From assembly GCA_002633005.1 (NCBI GenBank), contig NMRA01000155.1, forward strand, positions 452,275 through 516,274: a stretch of 64,000 nt of DNA. The letters run 5' to 3'. Shown piece by piece: positions 12,812 through 25,966 of the stretch. How positions within the stretch are numbered: position 1 is the stretch's first letter; each line of letters begins with the position of its first letter. The notes below the pieces were generated by a model. That model was not told where the DNA came from and did not search any database. It saw nothing but the letters and a program-made list of their open reading frames with translations. The position numbers and the translations under genes are program-made. The stretch comes from Phoronis australis (Eukaryota; Animalia; Phoronida).

Positions 12812-13420
12812 CATAGAGAGACACCTTAGGAGGCTGTCGATGTCTTTAATTCCTTCCAACTCGAACAAATACTCCTCTTATCAAACTTTTTCTCTTGAGC
12901 AGTCCCTGGTTCAGTTCCCAAAATTGGTAACTGGCCACTTTTACACTACACATACCAGGGGATATGACGTCATACCACCTGTCATGTCAATTGTTAAAAA
13001 TGGCCGGTTTCCGATTTTGGGAACTGAACGAAGGACCGCTCAACGAAAAAGTTTGATAACATAAGTATTTTGGTCAAGTTGGAAGAAATTAAAGACTGCA
13101 GTAAGATAGTATTTGACAAGTCTCACTGCTGGGCTGGCCTTCTGTCGCGCGCGCACCCTTTCGGCATCGAAAGACAACTGTAATTTTTCGTGTTGGAGAC
13201 TGCCGACGTTGGCTGTCCCGGCTCTTATGCAGGTGCTGGCCAATAAGGGCGCAATATGAATATTCAGTGGCTGAAAGTATGGCGATACAATTGCTGGTGC
13301 AAAGAGTGGCATATGATCTGTGGACAACTGAACTGAATGGAGCATCTTTATTGTAAGCCAGTAAGACATAATTTCTAATTACTATAACACATCAACGGCC
13401 TCCTAAGGTGTCCCTCTATG
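12812..13420. mobile_element. Non-autonomous DNA transposon with ~30-bp TIRs (CATAGAG...CTCTATG)
   Basis: catagagagacaccttaggaggctgtcgatgt versus acatcaacggcctcctaaggtgtccctctatg. TG on both flanks (possible 2-bp TSD). Confidence 0.75.
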
Positions 13421-13650
13421 TGCAAAGGTACTTAAAAGGAAGTGACTTTGATTGTTAATCATTGTGAAGCTGAGGACGCCTGTGTCCTGAGCCAGCTAGA
13501 GACGCTGTCGCTGATCACTGGCACTGTCTGTGCAGTGTAGCCCGAGTAAGGCTCTGGTTTCCGACCTCTTAGTCTTGAACGACCATTTTCCCAGTAGGGT
13601 CAGTCAAATCCCACGTCCCCCAGCTACTGTCATAAAATGTTGTTGCTTAC

Positions 13651-13740
13651 TTGACGAGTTAGCTTATCTTCAAGCGAATGTATTTAGTAGTAATTTCCAG
13701 ATTTTTCTCAAGCACAGGTGGGGAGACAGGTGGCGGAAAT
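13651..13740 (-). other. RMND1: Candidate non-coding first exon / promoter region of RMND1
   Basis: Minus-strand donor AA|GTAAGC at 13650. The first coding exon has an acceptor and so needs an upstream exon. The 5' boundary is a guess. Confidence 0.45.
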
Positions 13741-14039
13741 GTGGAAAGTAACTTCGTTTTATACCTTCTTCGGTAGAGAACGCTTATTCGGTTTACCACA
13801 TGCTCTTGAATAAACGCCCAACTCAAATTTTAATTAAAATACCCATCTTTCAATATCCACTTAGTGTGTAATAAAACTAATAAGGCACGTCATTTGATGA
13901 AAAACTTCCTACCATTTCCGTGAATAAAAGTGTTTCTTCAAACGCACCTTTCGTCGTTCAGTATTGAGGTCACGGATTCATGACACTGTGACCGGTCCAT
14001 GATTAGTACTGCTCCAAATGTAAAAGTCTTCCATCCCAT

Positions 14040-14322
14040 CATGGGCGCACTCGGGGGGGGGGGGGGGGNAGGGGCTCGACCATTCGAGCCCCCCAATTTG
14101 GCGAATTGGGCAAAAAGGTCCGCCTCAATGAAACAAAAAGTCCGAGTAAATGAGACAAATGTCCACAAACTCCACAGGAATTCCGCGGCGCGGATGCATT
14201 GGCAGGCCTGAACCCTGCGATTTGCTTAGTCTTCTTTGTTTTTTTTTCAGTTTTCAGTAAATGGTCACCACTAAACGCAGAATTCGACCCCCTCCCTATA
14301 TTTTAGGCTGGGTGCGCACCAC
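14040..14322. mobile_element. Short GC-rich MITE of the gcgcacccag...ctgggtgcgc family
   Basis: Ends catgggcgcactcggggg and ttttaggctgggtgcgcacc. Shares its structure with the copies at 15212-15474 and about 16120-16258. Confidence 0.65.
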
Positions 14323-15211
14323 TGACTACTCTACATGTTTCATTAAGAGCGCACTTACCGACTGTCCCGCTTTGACGGGCTACGAACTTAGACTAATACT
14401 GACTGTGATAGGCAACAGGTCATCACTACAAAATGAAAGAAAATTTGAAGATTTTTAATAACATATGTTGCTACAACATGTTTTTTGCATTTTTCATTAT
14501 AATACTGCCCTCGAAATCTAACTTTCCTACCCAGTATGCGAAACGAGTCTGAAAGAAATCAGTGGAGCCGAGTTTGGCAAGCTCATGGTTTTAAATAAAA
14601 CAAATGTTTGACAAAGTGGCTATAATCTTACAGAATGATATTCCTTTTTATATTTTTACAAAAAACGATAAATAAAACGTAATTCATATAAAATGTTGTC
14701 AAGATGTTATTTATTCATTCATTTTAAATCTGCTATTTCAAGTTAATCGCTCTTTTTTCACAACAAACGCGTAGCCGGACCTCTCCTTTGGTTAACTGTC
14801 CGTGATAGCGCACGATCGGTACTTCCGAAAATATAAACCCAACCAATTTTTGTAAGCTTTTTAAGAGACATAATTAATTTGAGTCTCTTTTTAAAATTGC
14901 TAACAAGAAAAAAAAATTTAGCACATATATTATTTTGATGCCTCAGTATGAAACATTTTAAACAATTCACACTTTATTCTGAGGTCCTGCAAGTTTTGTT
15001 ACGAGCCAAATATGCCAATATGGTACGAGTGGATTACATCACTCTCCCACATTAACAATTTATAGTAGACTGAGTGTTGACGATGGTTCTAATAATTAGC
15101 GTGGTGTGTATGGTGGGAAACTTGTCCACTGACCCACCGAAACGTAGGCATGACAATGCCTCTAAGCTTCCTATGAATTTCGTAAAACCTAGGCACCAAG
15201 ATTCACTGAAC

Positions 15212-15474
15212 CACGCGCGCACCCAGGGGGACTCGGAGGGCCGAACGAGCCCCCCCCCCATTTGGAAAAGTGGGGAAAAGGGTATGTCTCGTAGAAACAA
15301 AAAGTTCGAGAAAAAAGTCCGCTAAAAAGAATTCGGAATTCACACAATTCATAGCTTTGAACGAACCTCGTTTTCTCGTTTTTTTTTCTTTTTTAGTACC
15401 CCGTTTTTTTTAGTAAAGGGTCCACATTCTCGAAAAATCGAGTCCTCCTATAATTTAGGCTAGGTGCGCGCTTG
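15212..15474. mobile_element. GC-rich MITE with 15-bp TIRs and 5-bp TSD (TGAAC)
   Basis: TIRs cacgcgcgcacccag / ctaggtgcgcgcttg. TGAAC at 15207-15211 and 15475-15479. Confidence 0.8.
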
Positions 15475-16014
15475 TGAACAGCTTGGTTTTTCTCTAGTGG
15501 GAATTGGGGTTGGAGTTCTTCGAAAGTATTTGATACCCTGCAACCGCCTCCAAGAATTTTTAGTACCACTCGCAAACTGAGCAAGCAGAGTTCTGATCTG
15601 TTTCCGGTCTGGAAAATATCACTGGTCAAGTCTGATCTGCCTGCTTGTCGTCTCGTCCCCCCTCGGACGGATACGGCTGTATCCAACATCATGACCAAAT
15701 ACTCGAGAGGTGACGACTTTTTCAAGGCAGATATGCCTAGCTTTTCTATTTCTGTGATAAAAATCACTATTTCTAGCCCAGATATAAAATGTATTTTTTT
15801 CAAGAAGATAAAGTAGCGAGTTTAAACCTCTGTCCTAGAGATTCCGACAATCGTCTGATAGTAAGCGCCAAGAACTATACTTGGAAAACGATAAGCCAGA
15901 AAACAGAAAATGGGCAACTTTTTTCTACGAAAAAAGTTGAACTTCTTAGAAAAATCCAAATTTAAGTCATGAAACGGACCCTGTGCTATATATATAATAT
16001 AGGGACGAAAAACC

Positions 16015-16332
16015 AGTGACAGATTTTGGGGTGGGGGGCCAAGGGGGCCATGGCCTCCTAAAATTCTCCCAGATACCATTTGGCAGTTCGGGTTGCGAAT
16101 TGCTGACTAGCTGAGCATATTCGCGCATCCAGGGGGGCTCGGGGGACGAATGCGGCACTGAATGAACAGGCCTTGAAGAAACCTCGTTTAAGGTCCGCAA
16201 GCATAAAAATTCGAGACCCCCTTCACTTCCCTACATTTTAGGCTGGGTGTGCGCGTGTGGCGAAATTATTCTGGTTATTCATGTGTCCTGCCCCCCCCCC
16301 CCAACNCCAACTCAAAATCCTGGATCCGCCCC
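16015..16332. mobile_element. Nested GC-rich MITEs: a ggatccgcc-ended family with a gcgcatccag...ctgggtgtgcgc copy inside
   Basis: The inner copy at about 16120-16258 resembles 15212-15474. The outer ends resemble copies at about 18700-18850 and 51128-51282. Confidence 0.55.
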
Positions 16333-16999
16333 AGAAAGGAAAAGCAGGCGTCGGTATCTAATTCCTTCGCGATACAGACGAACAGTGCAGATTGCCTTCT
16401 TGAGTACGGAAAGTCGCCGGTTGCCCCTTGCATATACTTTTACCTCTCATTATTGCCTGGCTTGAATTGCTAAAATGAATCCGATCTTAACTGCTCATTC
16501 GTAGGCCTACAAGACCTTGAGATGTAGTACCGCGCCGATACAGCTTATGTTGTTTCACTTAAGTTACACTTATTAGATTTTTATTTTACACTTAAACATC
16601 AATTAGCTCAAGTTAGGGACCGAGACCGACTCTCAATATAGTCATTGTAATTTCCTGAAAAAATCTACCGCAAACACGATTATTGAATTTGACACAACTA
16701 ATGGAAGCTATTTTTAAACGGGAAATTTTGTGATCGTGGGTTCTTCGTCAGCCCCAGTGAGGCTCTTAACGATCAGACAATACCACTTCCAAGGGAGAAA
16801 CTCTGACACAAAACGCAGGCCAGGGCCTGTTCATTCTATCTCCAAAAATGCAAATAACATTTCTCTGAAATAAAAAAACGTACCATAGATCGAAACAGAT
16901 ATGATATCATGGCCAGGATATTGGCAACACAGATTCCCCCAGCCTGATCGATTTATCAACACCACTTCTGAAATGAAGTGTATAATTATGAACCTCGAT

Positions 17000-17130
17000 A
17001 TGACTTTCCTAGAAAAGTGTGGCTACGTGTAGAAATCAGTTTATTCGTGTAACGGGGACCCGCCGTACGGACGTTCTTCAAGAAAAGTCGGAAACATTTG
17101 TCGTTTCTGTTTTCGGTTCCCATTGGTCGA
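17000..17130 (+). promoter_or_regulatory. Putative TRANK1 proximal promoter with STAT (GAS)-like, IRF/EICE-like and CCAAT motifs
   Basis: TTCCTAGAA at 17006-17014. GGAACCGAAAACAGAAAC on the - strand at 17103-17120. ATTGG at 17122-17126. Lies about 370-490 bp upstream of the inferred ATG. Confidence 0.4.
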
Positions 17131-17492
17131 GACACTGTTTGTAGAGCAGAAGGACAGCGTAAATCAATTTGATCAACCTGTTAACACGAATGTGCGAAGG
17201 GCAGCTAGCTGTCAATGATTCTCAGCTATGGAACTCACTCGTCACCTCCTGACGCTTGCTGACTAGACAAGTTAAATAACGGGAGCTTTTTAAAATATCT
17301 TTCCTATACTATATAGGCGTCTACATTGTGTCGACTGACTGTTAATTGGCAGACCTTATCATAAGGCCCATGTGGGGCAGCTGGAGCTCTCGGCCAAACG
17401 AGTTGGACTGGAAGCCGAGGACTTTTCTGCACCGAGTCAGTTCGAGTCTCAGAGCGAGTCGTTAAATCAGTTTGACTCGGTGACCTTTGACT

Positions 17493-17496
17493 ATGG
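17493..17496 (+). CDS. TRANK1: TRANK1-like exon 1, coding part (ATG G)
   Basis: ctATGG|GTAAGC is a strong phase-1 donor. It joins the phase-1 acceptor at 21472 to give MADKINIW. Confidence 0.6.
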
Positions 17497-20400
17497 GTAA
17501 GCCAGAGTTGTTTCGCTAAAAGTCTAAAAACTTGAAAGATAGGTGGGACTTCAATTAATGTATAATTGGTTTGCCTTTAGGGAACATTAGTATAGCCCTT
17601 TAATAAAGGCTTAAAACTCAGTGGTCTAGGGTACAAAGGTAGACGGGGGACGTCACACAATTTCCCGACATTTTTCCATCGTCACATGGTGAAAACAAAC
17701 CCCCGTGACTTGAACAGTGGAAAACGATTGTCTTACTCATGACTTTTATCTTTGAGACTAGTAAATCGAGAACGGACACGTGCATCGTCACCGTGTATGG
17801 CCTATTGTTCAGCTCAGCAGAAGCAAACTGACTTTCAGGGTAGGCCTACTACTTTCTCAGGTCCAGAGGTCATTCACAACTGTTGCTATTATGGTGGAAG
17901 TGTGCGTGAACTTGAAATATTGCTTAATCTCAAGATCGCGTATGCGTGAACTTGGAATTGAACATATATTTGGAATGGGCAATCAGGTGAACTTTTTTTT
18001 TCAGTGTAAAGAATTTTTGTAATTATTGGCCTTATTAACACTCACTTTCTCCTTTACGTAACTTGTGTCAAAGATTCGGAGGAATTTGTGATTGATTAAA
18101 ACAATTATTGTTTGGTGAATTAGATCGCCAATAGCTGAAAAAAGATTAGTTGAGTTTTAGGTTATTTTAATGACATAATTTGGTTTAGTGCAGTGCAAAT
18201 TTTTATCCACATGAACGTGTTATATTTGAGTGAACTTGTCAAGTTTCCTCATGTAATCAAAGTTCACGCAACACTCTTCTGCTTAATCTTGAGATAACAC
18301 AGGATTCCATTAGTCCACGCACAGCAGAACAATGCATACCAAAGGGTAAAAGCATTGTCATAACTTCTGCTGAATAAAAAGCAGGTGTTGCAAAATTCCA
18401 GAAGCAATCAGAAATGGTTAATATTTTCTGAAATGTGGTATATAATGTTCTACTTAGCACAAATCGGTCTTCACATGACCATCTTTTCTCAGTTTACTAC
18501 TTGAAATTTAGTAAACTTGAGAAACAATATTTCAGGAAAGCTAAAGCATTATCAGCATGGCCAAATTTCAGTTCACATAAACATTCATGGACAAATCTCA
18601 AAATCAATTTTCCAAAATATCTTTTTTACTTTTGGCTACTAGCTTTTAAGATGTTCGAAAATTGATATTTTCATAAAAGTTGTTAAACAGTGCATTCATG
18701 GCTGATTGTGGGGAAGGCAAGGGGACCATGACCCCCTAAAATTGTCCCAGATTCCATTTGGCATTTGGGGGGTGCGAATGTGTGATGGGCAAAATCCTGG
18801 CTAATACTCTGCCCTTGCCCCCTCTAACTTAAAATCTTAGATCCGCCTGTGTTAAAGCCTCAAAAACAAGCTCGTTTAAAATCAGTCTAGAGGACAACAT
18901 TGATAGCATGGTGTCTGTTTTGTTTGAGTCCGATAAGCTGTTTTTGAGATACGATGTTGTCAAAATTTTCATCAGTCATAACCAAGACAGCTAGACATCT
19001 ACTTTTCACTTAGAGGTAAAGGTTAATATCGAAATTAAGTACAGCAATAACAGCTAAACTGTTGGCAAATTTGGATGTAAAATTCCCTGCCTAAAAATCA
19101 CAATGATGTGAATTTAATTGCCAATGACAAAAGAAAGACACGAGGTTGTTAGTTTTAAAAAATTTTATTTAAAAAATGTTTTTACAAACATAACACACTT
19201 TTAGATCAAACAATTTTTCTCTGTTCGAAGTTTTTTTTGGTGATAGCATTTCATAAACAATGCATCTTCTTCACAACATTTCTTGAAAGACGTTTAGAAA
19301 CAGTATTTTTTAAATATTATTTAGCATCAGGCGCGCTGTTTACAACACACTGCTGGGTTACGTGACAATCCTGGACTTTAAACGTTGGTTCAATGCTTTC
19401 TTCCCTTGCTATATCCCCGTAACGACACATTTAGCCAATAAATGAAGTCGGGATACTCATCCCTCGACACGGGTGCGTAACGAAATTAGCGGTAGTCTTA
19501 TTTTTCTATTCAAATCAAAGCATTTTACCATTTTTTAAGCTTCCATACCATTAGAGATTATCAAAATGGGTGCAGCCAATTTATTTTTTTAATTCAAGGG
19601 AATGTTTGTTTAAATAGCTTCACTGTTCTTGCCATAGTTTTTTAAAATTGAAAATTCAGAAACTCTACATGTGTATCCTTACTGAATTCATACATTATCA
19701 GGACCTAGCTTTTCAATTTTTACTGTGTAATGGACCAGTAATATATAAAGTGGGTATAATTTTCACTGTAAAGTAGTATATTTAAAAACTTAACTAGGTT
19801 GGCCTTTGCCACATTAATAAGGTAATTGTTAGTGGCTTATCTTCTCTACCTACTTTAAACTTGATGTGATCTGTTTAAGAAAATTTGACACTTGGACTAG
19901 ACAAAAATCGTGCGTCGCAAGCTCGTTTTTAGACTGGAAAGGAGATCAGAAGTCAGTGTAAATAGGTCATTATGACTATAGACGCAGTCGTACAAAACAG
20001 TGTGATAGATTAGTAAATAGTAATAAAATACCATTACCACTGGAAAGATTTTATATTCACAAAGTCTGTTAAAGAAATCATGACCTCAGCAATCTGATTC
20101 TTCCTAGGCGGGGGTACTGAGGTATACGAGACGTGCTTTTTAGAAGGGGAACGTTTTTCACTGTAAAACTTCTCAGTTTTAGAGACAATGTGCTGTACAT
20201 TCTTAACCAAAATAACTTCCAGAAAATTTACTTTTCTTTTGGCACATTCAGCTAATACAGCTGTCATATAAACAACATTTCGTAAAGTTTTTAACGCATG
20301 CGGTGCAACAGATGGCTTAATTGTGTATCAGCATGAGAGATGCCAGGCAAAAGACTGCAGGGAACACTCAACAACTGACAGCATTGATTGATATCATGTC

Positions 20401-21471
20401 AGGATACATGTACAGCAGTTCGTGAGTCAATGAAAAACGCAATGTCACAGAATGATAGCCAACTTAGCTGACTTGATTATTATTATTATACATGCTTCCA
20501 CCCCTGCATGCATCCTTTCATTCAGTAAATATCAGGTAAAACTTCACATCATAACATGAGGATGATCGCTCACAAAATATTTGAGACGGTAAATTAGAAG
20601 CAGGAATAATTATGTCATTTACCTGTGGCAGTGTCGTAGACTCACGTAGTGATATGCATGTGTTGTTTTCCAACATCACTCACAGTAGTGCATTTACTGT
20701 ACCATTCCCCTGGACTGCTAAAACCAAGAAATATATCTGGATCTCACACTGGATGAAGCATTCTCCACTAAGCTTGACAGTCCATTTTGTTGATATACAT
20801 GGCTGTGGTTAAGCAGACCAGAGCTTACACCTATGAATCAGAGGACTGGTGAAGTTATGTCTAATTTGTCTGTCTCAATGTTTGGTGTTGAAAATTCATA
20901 AAAAACACATCTTCCTCACAGCATTGTTTGGAAACGTTGGTTTGCCTGTCTTTCTTCCCTTGCTACAACTGTCAAACCAATGACATCGCTCATTAGTAAA
21001 CCAAGTTCCTAGCTCATCACCAAAATCTTGAAACATACCCCACAGGCCGGGGGGCATCGTGAATGTTCAGCATGGGCTCTGTTACATGTGTCCTGATCGA
21101 GTGAAGACACTGTCGCGCAGCCAACACACATTCAAGTACAAAGGTACATCGAGAAACAAACTGTGAAGCGGCGCACTCTCGTCTCAAAATGAGGTTTGAT
21201 AGCACTGTAGTGAGTGCTCAAGTTTTGCCTGAGCTCAAGGTTTCGGCAAGTGTTGAACACATCAATGCAAACAGATCACTTGCAATATTTCAAAATGCAA
21301 ACTCTTAAATGCCAAGTTATTGAAACTAAGTTGCGCAAATTCCAAAGCAATCATAGATACTCACAAATGATGTATTTAATTTTTTCCTCAGGAATGGTTT
21401 GTTTGCCGGGTGTTGAAACTTCTATTTTTCGATCTGTGAGCTTAATGATGAATATTGTTTGTTTTTTACAG

Positions 21472-21740
21472 CTGACAAAATTAACATTTGGATGGCTGTC
21501 GGCCTGGATAGTAAACGGAAAGGGAACCTTGATGGTGCAATTAGATGTCTGGTATCAGCAAAAGAAACTTCAAAACAATTTATATTACAACATCATGACC
21601 CTTCTCAGCAAGATCATTATCGTCGAATGTCTGCTGTTTGTTCTGTTGAGCTTTCTGAGATATTGCTGTTACTCAAGAACTTTGGTGAGGCTTTTGCTGA
21701 AGCATCTTCAGCAGTGGCAACAGACCCATCATTTTACAAG
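21472..21740 (+). CDS. TRANK1: TRANK1-like exon 2, TPR-like helices (DKINIWMAVG...AVATDPSFYK)
   Basis: ttttttacAG acceptor and AAG|GTGAGA donor, 269 nt, phase 1/0. TPR-type ending A...DP.[FW]YK|G. Confidence 0.85.
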
Positions 21741-21959
21741 GTGAGAAACCACATGTACAGATTACTAAAGTCCACAGGAAGAAATTTACTTTTGCCGGCA
21801 CAGATACATGCAACTTTGATAATCTCTCGTCTCGCCCTCAGAAACCTGGTCGGCCAGGTTTTGCCCCTGGTGTTGCAAGTTACTGAGGGACCTGTACTTT
21901 GTAGAATTTATGACTTAACTATGTAAGTGGAGCTTTATCAGAAAATAGTTCAGACGTTA

Positions 21960-23143
21960 GCAATCAAACACGGAAAAACTACTGTAGCGCCATTCCACAT
22001 GAAATCCGCCAGAGGGTGTCTGGTCACCAGCTCAGAATTGTTTATCATATGGTACTCAGTATTAGCAATTTTATTTTTTTACATTTACGTCTGTATCTTC
22101 AAAGATCCTCAATGTATTTTCCTAAAATTCGTCATATAAGCATCTATTACTGAGTTGACACAATTCCCTTGTTTCCGGATGAATTCGACATAGTTTGCGC
22201 CTCCTAGTGGCCATTTTTACTATTTTCGAGTGTTTTTGACGTTCACTCGTGTATCAACAGAACTGCTCTAAGGATGATAGTGACTAGAAAATTGGCATAT
22301 ATGTTTTTACTATGAAAAGGAGGGCCGATGACGATTTTCCAGTGGCTTTGGTTACTGTAGCGCATCCTAGTGGTAGGTATGTTTTTACGCCCAAGGCTGT
22401 ATTTCCTAAATTGCTTGCAGAATCTTTACTAAATTTAGCAAGTGTATTTACATGCTACTGACAACGGACGATGACGACGACTTTCTGACGGATCTGACAA
22501 CCTGTGTGTCCCCTAGTGGCAATTTTAGTTTTTTTACGTTTACCTCAGTATCTTCAAAGGTCCTCAACAGATTTTCAGAAAATTCTGAATATAGGCATCT
22601 ATTGATGGAATTGAGGTATTTTTTGCCACCTAGTGGCCATTTTTGCTGTTTTAGAGTGTGGTTTTTGGCGTCCCGACCCTTCCATCAACCAAACCATTCT
22701 AAGGATGGTTTTGAAAATTGGCGTATGTGTTTTTGGGATAGAGAGGATGGTTGACGATGACGACTTTGATTACTGTGGCGCCTCCTAGTAGTAGTTTTGT
22801 TCTTTTTTTTGAGCCCATAGCTGTATCTACTAAACTCACTGTAGGATCTTTATTAAATTTTGTAAGTGTAATGAAGCTAACAACAGATGTTGACGACTTT
22901 CCAGCGGATCCGACAAACGCTGTGCCCCCCACTGTGGCAATTTCATTTTATTCCGTTTTCCTTGTGTTTCTTTGAAGTTGCTTGAAAGATTTTTATGAAA
23001 TTTTGTAAATATCATTCTATTAAAGTAGCAATGCGGGCATGTTCCTGTTTTTGGATGAATTGATTGTTTTTGCACCATCTAGTGGCCATTTTTATGATAC
23101 AAATAAAATAACCCAAAAGCACATCATTTGCGGTGCATTCGTT
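21960..23143 (+). mobile_element. 5'-truncated DINE-1/HINE-like repeat with internal ~145-bp tandem subunits
   Basis: Homologous to 29724-31718, with repeated cctagtggc cores and a shared 3' end catttgcggtgcattcgt. Confidence 0.7.
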
Positions 23144-24789
23144 TCATCTGAGTGGATGACATTTTATATAATGAGATCGGTTATAATTTTGAAAAAAGTT
23201 TCTGTTGTGGAAAATCTAGCTGTTACATACACTATAGATCACACCATTCATAAGAATGCATTTAAAATGAAACGAGTATCAGATGATGATCATTTTGTAT
23301 TTCCTCAAAGTGTAAAGAAATTGCAAGGAGCTTTAGTATATGTCTGAAAATGTTGATATCTGCCAATTGATCGTTTGAATACAGTGTGCAGTGTTATAGT
23401 GGTGAATGGTCTCACTGGAGGAAAGAAATTTAAGCTTCAATGCATACGCTTGTATGGTTTTAGGCTATTTAAAATAGTTTCAGTTCCTTAAAATTCTGTT
23501 AGAAAAGTCAAAGGTACAATTTGGGGACAAAAATGTTTCTCAAGCTCTATTATTACGTCGAACGGAAAATGAGGAATATTACATCGAATGCTGGTTTGAG
23601 TGTATAGAGGATCGCTCTGAAGATTAAAGCGATGTTTCAGTCAATTATATGGCAAAATCAACCAATGGACTACTGGTAATTGACCAACTGTTTCACAGAG
23701 AATTGATGCTGTGTTGCTTATATTAACATTGTGTGTGTGTCATATCTCCACCTGAGTTCAAGGGACACAGTGCACGCTATTGCAGACTCGTGCAAGAAGA
23801 CACTGATCTGATAGAGCTAAGGCTTCCGTTCTTTAAATGAAAGTATGCATTCAGTACTTGAAAACTGTCATAATGTCTAGGTATAGAGAGGCGTATTGCC
23901 TGAAGGGCTTAAGCACAAAGCTGCCTCAGTTATAAAACAGATTCCTTTAACATGATGCAAATTATTTGGAAACACATGTCAGGCAAAGCACAAATTTAGA
24001 GCCATTTTATAGACTCGTGGAGAAACAGGCTCCAGGTGCCAAATTGAAACAGCAAATGAGAGGGTTTGTACATTTTTGGAGAATTTGGAAGTGTATCCCA
24101 GTGTAGGTCTTTTAATTTTCACAGCCAGATACCTTGATATGAATTTTTTTGCAAGTGAATTTCCTGCAGAAGAATTTTATTTTATGGTTTAGAAACCTTG
24201 CAAATTCAGCCACTGTTCACATAGCAGAGGGAATTTAAGGTTTGTTGGACTAAAATGCATCCTAAATGGTTGATAACAAACCACTGCAAAATTGGTTTTC
24301 AATGTGCTCCCCATAAAGACACCTCTGAACGTCAGAACTTGCATTTTGCTCCCAACTACTGGTGGATATAAACTCATTGCGGAATTTTGGTTTATTTTTA
24401 GAGATTTGAATGCTTGTGTATGTTTACGCATATGAAATAATTTCAGTCCTTATTGGGAATGTTTGGGGCTGACTTGGGGTTTCAGACTGAGTGTGCCTGG
24501 CCAGCTGGTGTGTTGAGTTGTTTAGTGAATAAAGAACGATCTTCAGGATCACTAGCACTGTTTTTATTGATGCGCACTGACTGGTGCTCACACTTCAACT
24601 AACTGGTGTTTACACTATGTAGCATATATATAGAGAGACCGGTAGAGGTGGCTCATATCAACATGGTGCTTGCCCAAGTATTCATAAATGTAAGAGAACC
24701 GATAGTGCAGTTTTGAGACCTCACGGCTTTCCGTCCGTTTCTACGCATACACTGAAGGTTCTCATGTTTTCATTCTTAAAATTTTGTAG

Positions 24790-24946
24790 GGACATCTACA
24801 TTTTGGGAGGATGCTGAAGCAGGCTAAAAATCCTAAAGCTATTACAGCCTTTTTTAGTGCCCTTAACTGTGCTGAGCTGGGAGAGACTCAGCTGTCTGAA
24901 ATAATACAAGAACTGTTAGACTACAGGGTTGAACCGTATTTACAAA
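24790..24946 (+). CDS. TRANK1: TRANK1-like exon 3 (GHLHFGRMLKQAKNPKAITAFFSALNC...YRVEPYLQ)
   Basis: ttttgtAG acceptor and A|GTAAGT donor, 157 nt, phase 0/1, open frame, TPR continuation. Not in the ORF track. Confidence 0.85.
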
Positions 24947-25966
24947 GTAAGTGAATTCCAATTTTGAAGATTGATAACCATGCAATTGTTTTGCATAAGA
25001 CGTTCATATCTACCATAATTTTCAGGATCTTGAAGCTTTAATGCCTTTTTGTTTCAGACAAATTAACTCCAGCCTTCTGAAGTAGCAATAATAATTTTGT
25101 AATGGGAGTGTCATATGGCACTCTTTCCTAGATTCGAAGAATTCCTATCTTACTTATTGTAAATCCCAAATCGGGTGAATTTTTCTTTTGCAAAGGCTGC
25201 TTTGTGACATGTATTAGAATTATTGCTGGACTAATCACTTTGTTCAACTCTGTATCTAATATCCCCTGTAGTTTAATGTCATTCATGCAGTTTTTGTGGG
25301 TCGCAAATGTCATAAATCACCTTCATGTCAAAGAATATTGTAATGCTTAACCTTTAAGATACTTTCCCCCTTCTTTCAAATTCTAAACCTTCCTATAGAT
25401 TCCTCTTGTTCTTTCCTCCTAATTCTCTCATTTTGCTATCTTTACCCATGACGTAATTATAAATGTTGTAGTATTACTATTAAGTTATTGACAAGTTTTC
25501 TGAGGTAACACGCACAAAAGACCGAAATCGCTGGTGGATGTTTAAGTGTAACAACTGATGCCTGCAAACTGGAATCCCATATGCCTCCTATAAACAGTTG
25601 AAACCTTAAGGCTGCCTTCTGCTGACCCAAGACACTCCCTAGGAAAGCTATTGTGATTTCTTGCTTTACTTATAATCCATGGCGTTATCTTGCAAATGCT
25701 AGCATGATCCTGGCTGTGTTTTCATGATTTTTTGCGTCGCTGGAATTCAGCCCTGTTGTAGGATTCCTGTCAAAGTGTCTTCTGTCGCCTGTTTCTTAGG
25801 TCTTTCAGCATTTTTGTGTCTGTGGTTAGGAGTGAAATTGGTGGCTGAAAGCATATATGACTCGATCCAGTTTGTTACAAACTTTGTGGTGTAACCATAA
25901 TTGCAGTAATTTCCTCTCACAGTACATTTTAGCTGATCAACATCTCAGTTTGAGATTACTTAACAG

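Noticed and set aside
18850-21450. Possible decayed transposase in TRANK1 intron 1
   Set aside because: Some internal similarity (about 19380-19410 vs 20930-20965) and Cys-rich frames, but no recognisable catalytic motif or paired ends.
21214-21744. 176-aa ORF overlapping exon 2
   Set aside because: Alternative frame with no recognisable motifs. The TPR-like frame fits the splice phases.
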